Virus record (IMG/VR): IMGVR_UViG_3300024509_000012
Direction: 5' to 3' (one strand)
DNA: 64,000 nt
Source: an uncultured virus (IMG/VR IMGVR_UViG_3300024509_000012)
Taxonomy: Duplodnaviria > Heunggongvirae > Uroviricota > Caudoviricetes
Shown: positions 29,181 to 36,942 of the stretch, piece by piece
Numbering within the stretch: the stretch's first letter is position 1
Layout of the letters: every line of letters starts with the position of its first letter
Position numbers and translations under genes: made by a program
Notes under the pieces: model-generated
What the model was told of the DNA's origin: nothing
What the model saw: the letters and a program-made list of their open reading frames with translations, nothing else
The model's database searches: none

Positions 29181-29642
29181 ATGGGACTTGATCAATACAT
29201 CAACCGCAAGAGCTACATTCAGAATTGGTCTTTCGACAAGGAAAACAAGTATGAAGTTGTTGTGACCAACAACGGACAACCTACCCACATCAAGAAGGAT
29301 AAAGTCACCTATGTGACTGAGGAACTTGGTTATTTCCGCAAGTTCAATGCACTCCACAACTGGTTTGTGCAGCTTGCTGATGGTAGGGATGAATGTCAAG
29401 AAATTATTTTCTATGAGGAAAATGTTGACAATCTTCTTTTAACCATGAAAGAAGTCCTGATCTCTAAGAGAGAAGATATTGCTCTTGAAATGTTTCCTCC
29501 TGTTTCTGGGTTTTTCTTTGGTTCCATTCAAATTGATGAGTGGTACTGGAACGACCTAGAAAGTGCCATCAAACTTTTCCAGGAAATCAAGGATGAATGG
29601 GTTGATGGTCGAACGACCTATTACTACCAAGCATCCTGGTAG
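29181..29642 (+). CDS. conserved phage hypothetical protein
   Basis: MGLDQY...YFRKFNALHNWF...GFFFGS...YQASW; own promoter. Confidence 0.75.
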   Translation: MGLDQYINRKSYIQNWSFDKENKYEVVVTNNGQPTHIKKDKVTYVTEELGYFRKFNALHNWFVQLADGRDECQEIIFYEENVDNLLLTMKEVLISKREDIALEMFPPVSGFFFGSIQIDEWYWNDLESAIKLFQEIKDEWVDGRTTYYYQASW

Positions 29643-29701
29643 TTTGCAGGGGGAAGAAATTCCCCCTTGACATTTCACCTAGAATGTGAGAGAATAAAAA
29701 C

Positions 29702-29896
29702 ATGACCAAGAAATCAATCTACAAAAGAAATATTTGGTCTAGGTCTGGGTCTGAGTCTCAGTTTGCGTCTTGGTCTGGGTCTAGGTCTTGGTCTAGGTCT
29801 GAGTCTGGGTCTTGGTCTGTGTCTTGGTCTGGGTCTGGGTCTTGGTCTGGGTCTTGGTCTGCGTCTGGGTCTGGGTCTAGGTCTGAGTCAAAATAA
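29702..29896 (+). CDS. (Ser-X)n repeat microprotein, copy 4
   Basis: MTKKSIYKRNIW + (SX)n; TTGACA-17-GAGAAT-6-ATG. Confidence 0.7.
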   Translation: MTKKSIYKRNIWSRSGSESQFASWSGSRSWSRSESGSWSVSWSGSGSWSGSWSASGSGSRSESK

Positions 29897-29934
29897 ACCT
29901 TGACATTCTGATCAGAATGTGAGAGAATAAAAAC

Positions 29935-30285
29935 ATGAGAGTTAAAGTCTACTTCAACCTTCACAAGAAAGTTTTCTCTGTCATGGACAAAAAAACCCGC
30001 AAGGTTATTGCCCACACCGACACCATCATCCTGAAAAATGCCAAGTTCACTGTTTCCAAGTCTGGACGGGAACGTGTTCTTCGTGAAAAAAAGAAAAATG
30101 TTCATGCCTTTGTTGAAGGTGATTGGCAAAAAGACCAAGAGCTTTTCCTGAAAAGGAACACGGTTCGTTACAATCCCTATGAGGCAGATTACTTCATCAA
30201 TGTCCTCACCGGAAAGAAAATTGAAACTTCCGCCTGGTGTGACCTCTTCATCGAAAACGGAAAGGCAAATATCTATGCTTATTAA
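29935..30285 (+). CDS. conserved phage hypothetical protein
   Basis: VYFNLHK..FSV...GRERVLREKKKNVHAFV.G...YNPY. Confidence 0.75.
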   Translation: MRVKVYFNLHKKVFSVMDKKTRKVIAHTDTIILKNAKFTVSKSGRERVLREKKKNVHAFVEGDWQKDQELFLKRNTVRYNPYEADYFINVLTGKKIETSAWCDLFIENGKANIYAY

Positions 30286-30509
30286 CTGGAACGACTACAA
30301 AGATCATGACGACTACCAGGAGTATGACTGGGACGACTAATATAGAATAGCATTTCTTGGGCCGGAAACGGCCCTTCCTGCCCTTAAAATTTCTAGCAGG
30401 TAGTTGGAGGCTAGAAAAACAAAAAACAAAAAACTTGACAAATCACACAGGGTGTGAGATACTAAAAGAGTCAGAGGAAATCTGACAAGAAAAAAGGAGA
30501 AAACTGATT

Positions 30510-30776
30510 ATGAAGAAGATTGTGACTGAGGTTCAGGGTGAAGGTCTTGTGGCCCTTCTTGGTGAGCACGTGATGTTGTTCTGTGCGAACTACATCTATG
30601 CTGGTACGCTCACTGGAGTGAACGATACCTGTGTCCTTCTGGACGATGCCAAGATTGTTTATGAGACTGGTGCGTTCAGCGATTCGAAGTACAAGGACGC
30701 TCAGAACCTTCCCACGAAGACTTGGTATGTGCAGACTTCTGCAATTGAGTCTTTCGGCATCGGTAAGAAGGGTTAG
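30510..30776 (+). CDS. Sm/LSm-like fold protein (predicted)
   Basis: LVALLGEHVMLF...YAGTLTGVND..VLLDDA (Sm1-like) and WYVQTSAIESF (Sm2-like); promoter, leader hairpin, SD and terminator. Confidence 0.6.
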   Translation: MKKIVTEVQGEGLVALLGEHVMLFCANYIYAGTLTGVNDTCVLLDDAKIVYETGAFSDSKYKDAQNLPTKTWYVQTSAIESFGIGKKG

Positions 30777-30812
30777 TGGTTTGGGGGAGAAATCCCCCAA
30801 ACTTTTTTGTTT

Positions 30813-30971
30813 ATGATCAAGAAATCAATCTACAAAAGAAATATTTGGTCTATGTCTAGGTCTGGGTCTTGGTCTTTGTATGGGTCTAGGTCTGGGTCTA
30901 GGACTTGGTCTAGGTCTTGGTCTGGGTCTAGGTCTTGGTCTGTGTCTAGGACTTATTCTGAAATTGGATAA
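30813..30971 (+). CDS. (Ser-X)n repeat microprotein, copy 5 (52 aa, not in ORF track)
   Basis: MIKKSIYKRNIW + (SX)n + YSEIG. Confidence 0.65.
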   Translation: MIKKSIYKRNIWSMSRSGSWSLYGSRSGSRTWSRSWSGSRSWSVSRTYSEIG

Positions 30972-30977
30972 TAAACT

Positions 30978-31175
30978 ATGATCAAGAAATCAATCTACAA
31001 AAGAAATATTTGGTCTTGGTCTATGTCTGGGTCTAGATCTAGGTCTTGGTCTAGGTCTGGGTCTGGGTCTTGGTCTGGGTCTGGGTCTGGGTCTTGGTCT
31101 GGGTCTGGGTCTTGGTCTGCGTCTGGGTCTTGGTCTAGGTCTATGTCTAGGTCTTGGTTTAGGTCTACAAAATAA
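30978..31175 (+). CDS. (Ser-X)n repeat microprotein, copy 6
   Basis: MIKKSIYKRNIW + (SX)n. Confidence 0.7.
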   Translation: MIKKSIYKRNIWSWSMSGSRSRSWSRSGSGSWSGSGSGSWSGSGSWSASGSWSRSMSRSWFRSTK

Positions 31176-31388
31176 TGCTTGACAACCGAAAAGAAAGGTG
31201 CGATAATAATATCATGATGAACGATGTGATTGACGATCTGATTAGCGGAAACATGAAGGTAATCGGTCTGATGAACCTGATTATTAGCAGGTTCGATGAA
31301 AACGACGATGATTACCTGAACGCTCAGGCTATTATCGACTTTGTGACGATGCAGATTTTGGTTTTGTCTACGTTAAAGGATAATCAAA

Positions 31389-31508
31389 ATGCTGCAAAAG
31401 CTTAGTGTTTGGTTTTGTCGGGAATTCCACACAAAGATGACCAGACCTGTTAATGGTCATTACAGTTGCCTTGAATGTGGTAAGAAATACAAATCACCTT
31501 TTAACTAG
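31389..31508 (+). CDS. 39-aa putative Zn-binding microprotein (not in ORF track)
   Basis: MLQKLSVWFCREFHTKMTRPVNGHYSCLECGKKYKSPFN; AAGGA SD. Confidence 0.6.
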   Translation: MLQKLSVWFCREFHTKMTRPVNGHYSCLECGKKYKSPFN

Positions 31509-31516
31509 GAGAAAAA

Positions 31517-31720
31517 ATGCGGCACAGTATGGAAATTTGCTACAGAATTTGGAATGATGACACAGGTGACCATATTGCAGTCACAGATGATGCTGATGGA
31601 CTTGGGTTGTTTGAGATTCGCCAACATGACGATCAAGGAAAAATTATGAGTAGAATCACCTTGTCGAAAGAAGAATTACCTTTAATTATCAGTGCCTTAC
31701 AAAAAAAACTTGAAGAGTAG
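31517..31720 (+). CDS. hypothetical protein
   Basis: AGGAG SD. Confidence 0.65.
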   Translation: MRHSMEICYRIWNDDTGDHIAVTDDADGLGLFEIRQHDDQGKIMSRITLSKEELPLIISALQKKLEE

Positions 31721-31755
31721 TTGACATTGTGAAGAACACATGGGATAATAACAGT

Positions 31756-31893
31756 ATGGTTGAACACATCAAGCTGCCCAAGTTTAATCCTGCTAAGATC
31801 CGGTCTGGTGTAAAGACCGGATCTATTATCCAGGACAAGAAAACCAAAAGCAAGAATTATCGCAAGCGCAAGCACAAGAAGGAGGAAGAATAA
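31756..31893 (+). CDS. 45-aa basic microprotein, leaderless (not in ORF track)
   Basis: TTGACA-17-GATAAT-6-ATG; ends DKKTKSKNYRKRKHKKEEE. Confidence 0.65.
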   Translation: MVEHIKLPKFNPAKIRSGVKTGSIIQDKKTKSKNYRKRKHKKEEE

Positions 31894-32108
31894 TGCTTTA
31901 CAATGAGTATGAAGCAAAAACTCTTGAAGGTCAACAACTTGCGGATGAAGTGTATGAAGCATTGAAACCCATTGTAATCAATTGGCAACAAAAGGGTTAC
32001 AAGTTGCGGGAAATCCAGACTGTGATTGATTCTGAAGTTTTTTTAATGATTTCTGAAGCTGTTCTGGTTGCCGCAACAAAAAAGAAAAAACTTGGTTCTT
32101 GGGGTTGA
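31893..32108 (+). CDS. hypothetical protein
   Basis: TAATG coupling with GGAGG SD. Confidence 0.65.
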   Translation: MLYNEYEAKTLEGQQLADEVYEALKPIVINWQQKGYKLREIQTVIDSEVFLMISEAVLVAATKKKKLGSWG

Positions 32109-32602
32109 CAAACCCCTCAGACTGTGAGATGATGGATTCATGACAAGAAAAGAACTTCGACTCAAATATCTTACGTTTTTCATGGCGGGTTATCTTTTCG
32201 GTGTGATTATTATTTTTTTCGCCATGAAAGCAGATTGTGCAATTAAGTAGTTGACAAATTCCCCAGACTGTGAGATGATGGATTCATGAAACGGCTTATC
32301 AGTGATTCGATGTTTGACATTCTGTTGATTGTCCTGGTTGTTTCTTTGTTTTCTATTGCATTTCCGACTGTGCTGGATTTTTCGAAAGAGTTGAAAAAAA
32401 CTCTTGACATCCCCAAAACTTCTGTGGTAAAGTAAAAACATGAGCAAACAACACCTGATGCTTTCGATTCTGAACTGCCCCAACTGCAAACGGAACGTTT
32501 GTGACTTTCACAAAAACTTGAAAAATTCTGTTGACAACCGGAAAAAGGTTGTGGTAAAGTAAAAGAGTCAGGGCAAGAGCCAGGACAAAAGGAGAAAAGA
32601 CC

Positions 32603-32866
32603 ATGTTTCTGAAGAAAGTTAAGTTTTCGACCCTCCCTATCAAGCGTTTCCTGGTTGGTGACCTTCCTGGGAATTTCAATCCTGAAAATGTTGTAGAATC
32701 TGAGACTTACGCTGGTGCTGTTGGTGACTGGATTGACTTGGGTATGAATGAAACTGAAGTTTATGCTCAGATTGGTGAAGACTACTTCCCCATCACGTTC
32801 CACACTGATGGTTCTGACACTGCCACTCTGGAACGTGGGGTGTTTGAACGCCGAATCGCTGAATAG
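32603..32866 (+). CDS. acidic hypothetical protein
   Basis: Promoter, leader hairpin and AAGGAG SD. Confidence 0.7.
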   Translation: MFLKKVKFSTLPIKRFLVGDLPGNFNPENVVESETYAGAVGDWIDLGMNETEVYAQIGEDYFPITFHTDGSDTATLERGVFERRIAE

Positions 32867-32923
32867 CAAAAAAACTTCAAGTGGGGGGTTGACAAACCCC
32901 CCAGAATGTGAGAAACTAAAAGT

Positions 32924-33247
32924 ATGAAATTCTTCCATTTTTCTCAAAATAATTCAGGTGGTCATTTCACCGGACCAGCAAAACACGTTGTTGTTGAGGC
33001 TGAAAACGCCGAAGATGCGAACAATCGTGTTTTAGAAGTAGAGGGTGTTTACTTCGATGGTTGTGATTCTGGCGTTGACTGCCCTTGTTGCGGTGATCGC
33101 TGGTCCAGCAAATGGTCTGGTGAAGTTGGCGATGATGTCCCGTCTACTTATGGTGATCCTGTTGTTTTTGGTGATGGTGATGGTGATGGTGATGTTTTAG
33201 TGGTTTACGCAAACGGTGAAAAAAAGAGGGGACTTTTTCACTGGTAA
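32924..33247 (+). CDS. conserved phage hypothetical protein
   Basis: F.QNNSGG...YFDG...DCPCCGDRW; leaderless. Confidence 0.75.
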   Translation: MKFFHFSQNNSGGHFTGPAKHVVVEAENAEDANNRVLEVEGVYFDGCDSGVDCPCCGDRWSSKWSGEVGDDVPSTYGDPVVFGDGDGDGDVLVVYANGEKKRGLFHW

Positions 33248-33285
33248 CTGTTGACAAACCCCCCAGAATGTGAGATACTAACAAT

Positions 33286-33522
33286 ATGAAGAATCCATTC
33301 GGCAAAACTGCCAAGATTGACAATCCTCATATGATTTTCAAGAGTTTTGATGGTTCCTGGGAATGGCGTGTTCTCAAGACCTATCAGACTCCGGAAAAGG
33401 AAAAGCAAAACCCCTTCGCTCGCTGGTACTGTGCGGTGAAGTCTCCAATGACATATGGAACGTTTGATGTGGGCGATGTCTATGTTGCTGAAATCAAACA
33501 GGTTGCGGTTCAGGTGAAGTAA
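33286..33522 (+). CDS. conserved phage hypothetical protein
   Basis: WEWRVLKTYQ...ARWYCAVKSP.T.G..D.GDVY; leaderless. Confidence 0.75.
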   Translation: MKNPFGKTAKIDNPHMIFKSFDGSWEWRVLKTYQTPEKEKQNPFARWYCAVKSPMTYGTFDVGDVYVAEIKQVAVQVK

Positions 33523-33637
33523 AGTGTGGGGGGCGAAAATCCCCCACAAAAAAACAAAAAAAGTTGTTGACTTCCCTGCTACAACGTGCGATACTAAAAG
33601 AGTCAGGGCAAGAGCCAAGACAAAAGGAGAAAACGGA

Positions 33638-33856
33638 ATGTTTGAAGACTACGACACCTACGAGTTCTACGAAAACGACCTGGAAGAAATGGGTCGGAAT
33701 GAAGCCTGGGAAGATGCTCAGGCTGAAATGGCCGACATCTATGATTCTGACGATTTCCAGGACTATCCTGAAGATCCTAGTTTTGAGCTGGAGGACCAGC
33801 ACCTGGATTCGATGTATGAATCGCAGTATGAGTCTTACGACTACTACGGGGAATAG
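33638..33856 (+). CDS. highly acidic 72-aa protein
   Basis: 27 D/E residues, one R, no K; promoter, leader hairpin and SD. Confidence 0.7.
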   Translation: MFEDYDTYEFYENDLEEMGRNEAWEDAQAEMADIYDSDDFQDYPEDPSFELEDQHLDSMYESQYESYDYYGE

Positions 33857-33894
33857 GTGATTCCTGGGCCGGAAACGGCCCTTCCTGGGGTTTT

Positions 33895-33987
33895 GGGTGT
33901 CAGGGGTACCCCTGACACCCCTCAGAGAATGGCAACAGAAAAAACTTCTAGTTTTCATCATTTTTCTGTTGCCATTCTCTGAGGGGT
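33895..33987. repeat. 26-bp perfect palindrome overlapping a 27-bp inverted repeat
   Basis: gggtgtcaggggtacccctgacaccc (33895-33920); arms 33917-33943 / 33961-33987. Confidence 0.9.
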
Positions 33988-34003
33988 CGTGGTAATATAA
34001 ATC

Positions 34004-34219
34004 ATGGTTGAAAAACAGAAACTTGAAATCAACACCTTTGACCGTGGCAGCATCTACTGCTTCACTGAGTTTTTGCTGAATGGCACACTGGTTGCTGATT
34101 GGAACCCTAAGAAAAAAGAACTGATGTTGTTTTCTGAAGAGAAGATTTCCTTAGTTCCCTGCAAAACTTTGCAGTCTGCGATTTCCAAAGTTGTGAAATT
34201 TCACAAAAAGTTGTTCTAG
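34004..34219 (+). CDS. hypothetical protein, leaderless
   Basis: TTGCCA...TAATAT-6-ATG. Confidence 0.6.
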   Translation: MVEKQKLEINTFDRGSIYCFTEFLLNGTLVADWNPKKKELMLFSEEKISLVPCKTLQSAISKVVKFHKKLF

Positions 34220-34257
34220 GGGTTGACAAACCCCTTCCAGTATGGGAGAATAAAATC

Positions 34258-34539
34258 ATGAAAAGCGATTTGCAGGAATTTCTCGAAGATTGTGGTTTTG
34301 AGTGCAGGGGCTATTCTGGCCGTTATATGGGTGGCAAATCTTGCCTTGCCATTGTGGTTGACACAATGGCTGAGATTTTGGATGTGATGTATGAAATGGG
34401 ACGTAGAAACGTTTACGTCCCAACCAATGTGAAATGGGATAACATGGGTTATGGATATGTTTTCTACTGGCCGGGAGTTGAGTTTGTGGGTGATGTAGAA
34501 AATGAGGATGGTGGCGATGAGGGGATGGGGGAGGAATAA
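34258..34539 (+). CDS. hypothetical protein, leaderless
   Basis: YSGRYM.GK.CL...DNMG...V.YWP; own promoter. Confidence 0.7.
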   Translation: MKSDLQEFLEDCGFECRGYSGRYMGGKSCLAIVVDTMAEILDVMYEMGRRNVYVPTNVKWDNMGYGYVFYWPGVEFVGDVENEDGGDEGMGEE

Positions 34540-34641
34540 CCTCCCCCAAGAAAAAAAGTTCTGAAAACTGTTGACAAGCAACCGAACCTGTGAGATACTA
34601 AAAGAGTCAGGGCAAGCCTGATAGAAAAGGAAAAAACGAAA

Positions 34642-34905
34642 ATGCAGATGACCTTCAACTTCCAGACCGCTTCCTTCCAGAATGAGAAGGGTGCGATTCA
34701 GAACACCCCCAACACTGGCTACCAGATTCAAGTTGGTGTGGACAAGTCCAAGTACACCACGATCAATCTGGTGGACTCCAATCTTGGGGCTGTTATGTAC
34801 CTCTACAACCAGATTGTTGCTGAGAATGGCAATAAGAAGCGTGTTCGCAATCAGGTGACGGGCAAGATTATCGCCCGTCACATCAGCAAGAAGGTGGGGC
34901 AGTAG
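34642..34905 (+). CDS. hypothetical protein
   Basis: Promoter, leader hairpin, SD and terminator. Confidence 0.7.
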   Translation: MQMTFNFQTASFQNEKGAIQNTPNTGYQIQVGVDKSKYTTINLVDSNLGAVMYLYNQIVAENGNKKRVRNQVTGKIIARHISKKVGQ

Positions 34906-34910
34906 CCCCA

Positions 34911-35014
34911 CCTTTTAATTAAGTCCTTTTCCGTCAATGCGTAAGGGTCGTTTGTACCCCTCCAAAAGTATTGATGACCTACGCATAATGCCGGAAAAGG
35001 ACTTAATTAAAAGG
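34911..35014. repeat. perfect 23-bp inverted repeat with imperfect inner extension
   Basis: ccttttaattaagtccttttccg (34911-34933) / cggaaaaggacttaattaaaagg (34992-35014). Confidence 0.9.
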
Positions 35015-35069
35015 AAATTTGAACACATCAGGTTGACAACCTGAACACATCGTGCTAAGATAGGAACAT

Positions 35070-35264
35070 ATGACACCCACGCCTGAGATTGTCGCCTCAA
35101 TTCAAGAGAAGTTCAGATCATATGATGCGAAGATTATTCTCGCAAACATGCGTTGGTCTAACTTGTGGGAACATTGGTTGTTTGATTGGGCCGGAATGAG
35201 TTGGCAAGTTGACCAATGGGGGCAAGTTAAGTTAAATTCTGCGAAGTTTGTTTGGGAAGATTAA
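35070..35264 (+). CDS. Trp-rich hypothetical protein
   Basis: Own promoter 35033-35061. Confidence 0.6.
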   Translation: MTPTPEIVASIQEKFRSYDAKIILANMRWSNLWEHWLFDWAGMSWQVDQWGQVKLNSAKFVWED

Positions 35265-35280
35265 CTGGTAGTTCCTTTGC

Positions 35281-35450
35281 CTACCAGTACCACTAGTACC
35301 GTCTGGTCAACGGTACTAGTACTGCGGATGGGCGCATTAGTACTAACTGGTCACTAGTACTAGTACGCCCATCCCCTTCCGATAGTACCACCAGGACCAA
35401 TAGTACCAGACCTGGCGAGGTACTAGTACTGGCACCAGGACCGATAGTAC
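35281..35450. repeat. GTAC/TAGTAC motif cluster
   Basis: 12 GTAC tetramers in 170 nt, including three GTACTAGTAC palindromes. Confidence 0.85.
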
Positions 35451-35507
35451 CAAAATTTTTTTTGTTTTTTTCTTGACATTTTTTTCTGACCTTGATACCA
35501 TTGACTC

Positions 35508-35723
35508 ATGGAACAAAATTACATTGAAGAAAAAATCATGACGGTCTATCACAACGGGAATGAATATAATTTAATCCATTCCCGTTGGGAGTGGAACGGT
35601 GAAAAATATGAGCATTTCGATTTGATGTTGGGACATCATGTTGGTCACTGGAACTATTGCCCGTTGTACCGTGAGATGATTGAAGTCATTGAAGATATGG
35701 AAAATAATGAAAATGGGGATTGA
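35508..35723 (+). CDS. hypothetical protein, leaderless
   Basis: TTGACA...TACCAT-6-ATG. Confidence 0.6.
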   Translation: MEQNYIEEKIMTVYHNGNEYNLIHSRWEWNGEKYEHFDLMLGHHVGHWNYCPLYREMIEVIEDMENNENGD

Positions 35724-35923
35724 CAATCCCCATTTTTTCATGAGAGAATAACAGTATGAAAAACAACGTTATCAATATGATTTTGGATGCGCTATCATTC
35801 GTTTTCCTTATGGGGGGTATTTATGGAATTTATGTAGTTTTTTCGTGGTAGGGTATTGCAGTTTAGTTCTGGCCTATGGTAATCTATAAGAGTTGAGGCC
35901 AGCGCCAAACAGAAAAGGAAAAA

Positions 35924-36544
35924 ATGACCATTTTTCGTATGACCAACGATTTCATGACCAACATCCTCGCCGTCTACAATATGGCGACGCCGGAAGAAAA
36001 ACGCTCCGGGGGTGCATGGTACACCGCCGCCCACGAACAATTACGGGTTATTGCCCGTGTTTCTAACTTTTCGTTCGATGCGGTAGTTGATGCAACTGCC
36101 GCATTATCGCCGGGTATCCGTTGGACTTCAAATTTGAATGGAATTGATATTTTGGCCGACGCTATCGCTAACGATAAGCCGTTATCGTTAGTGTCCGGTG
36201 TTGCGGGCTATCGTCGCAACATCGACAAGGCAGCTGCTATCCTGTTAGCAGACAAACGGAACGAACCGTTTCGCCATATTTTGAGCGGTCCCAAGGTTAC
36301 GGCTTTTGCTGATAACCTCCGCAACGGTGATAAGAACGGTGACGATAAGGTTACCGTAGACGTTCATGCCTATAGCGTTGCGGTAGGCTATCGCTACACT
36401 GTAGCGACAATGCCGCATATCGCAGAACGGGAACGTTCTGCGATTATTTCCGCATACCGGATGGTAGCGGGAATTGTTGGTTTGTCCGCATCTCAGGTTC
36501 AAGCTATTACTTGGGTGACGTGGAAACGAATCCACGGGATCTAA
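35924..36544 (+). CDS. conserved phage protein, GC-richer (HhH-glycosylase-like by inference)
   Basis: G..WY..A, AALSP...W..N, GPKVTAF..N, VTVDVHA, QAITW. Confidence 0.7.
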   Translation: MTIFRMTNDFMTNILAVYNMATPEEKRSGGAWYTAAHEQLRVIARVSNFSFDAVVDATAALSPGIRWTSNLNGIDILADAIANDKPLSLVSGVAGYRRNIDKAAAILLADKRNEPFRHILSGPKVTAFADNLRNGDKNGDDKVTVDVHAYSVAVGYRYTVATMPHIAERERSAIISAYRMVAGIVGLSASQVQAITWVTWKRIHGI

Positions 36545-36670
36545 TCCCGTCATGACGGGAAACGAAAAAAATATCGTTTCCCGTCATTTTTCGTTTGATT
36601 CTGTCCGATAGTGTGGTAATCTATAGGTGTAGGGGATACACCACTACAGAAAAGGAAAAGGAAAAGGAAA

Positions 36671-36877
36671 ATGACCAACAATTTCGAATTTGACGATTTC
36701 GACACGCAGATTAACTGCGAGGAAATGTCCGGTCCTACGGATCAGGAATTGCAGGAAATGATGGCTGAGGGGGAATGGAACTTTCCGGAGTTTGAGCCGG
36801 AATGGGACGGTGAATCGGTCGAAGAATTGACCGATATTTTCAAGGCGTTGGGTTTCAACGTTATCACGTTTGAGTAG
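36671..36877 (+). CDS. acidic hypothetical protein
   Basis: Promoter, leader hairpin, repeated AAGGA SD and terminator. Confidence 0.7.
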   Translation: MTNNFEFDDFDTQINCEEMSGPTDQELQEMMAEGEWNFPEFEPEWDGESVEELTDIFKALGFNVITFE

Positions 36878-36942
36878 AAAAAAAGGGGGGAAACCCCCTT
36901 TTTTTCATTGACAGAAACCACGTTTTCATGGGAGAATGAATT

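Noticed and set aside
30293..30310. DYKDHD FLAG-like peptide suggesting an engineered sequence
   Set aside because: Six-residue coincidence inside a natural acidic micro-ORF; no vector features
27445..31175. Ser-X repeats as a CRISPR array or DGR variable regions (NNG-TCT fits A-to-N mutagenesis of an AAG/AGG-TCT template)
   Set aside because: No repeat-spacer structure or cas genes; no reverse transcriptase or template repeat in the window; body lengths vary, which fits slippage or recombination better. A remote RT is not excluded.
32190..34911. Long minus-strand ORFs (32243-32947, 33494-33961, 34216-34911 and others)
   Set aside because: They cross + strand promoters and genes, lack SD or motifs, and are expected shadows in GC-richer DNA
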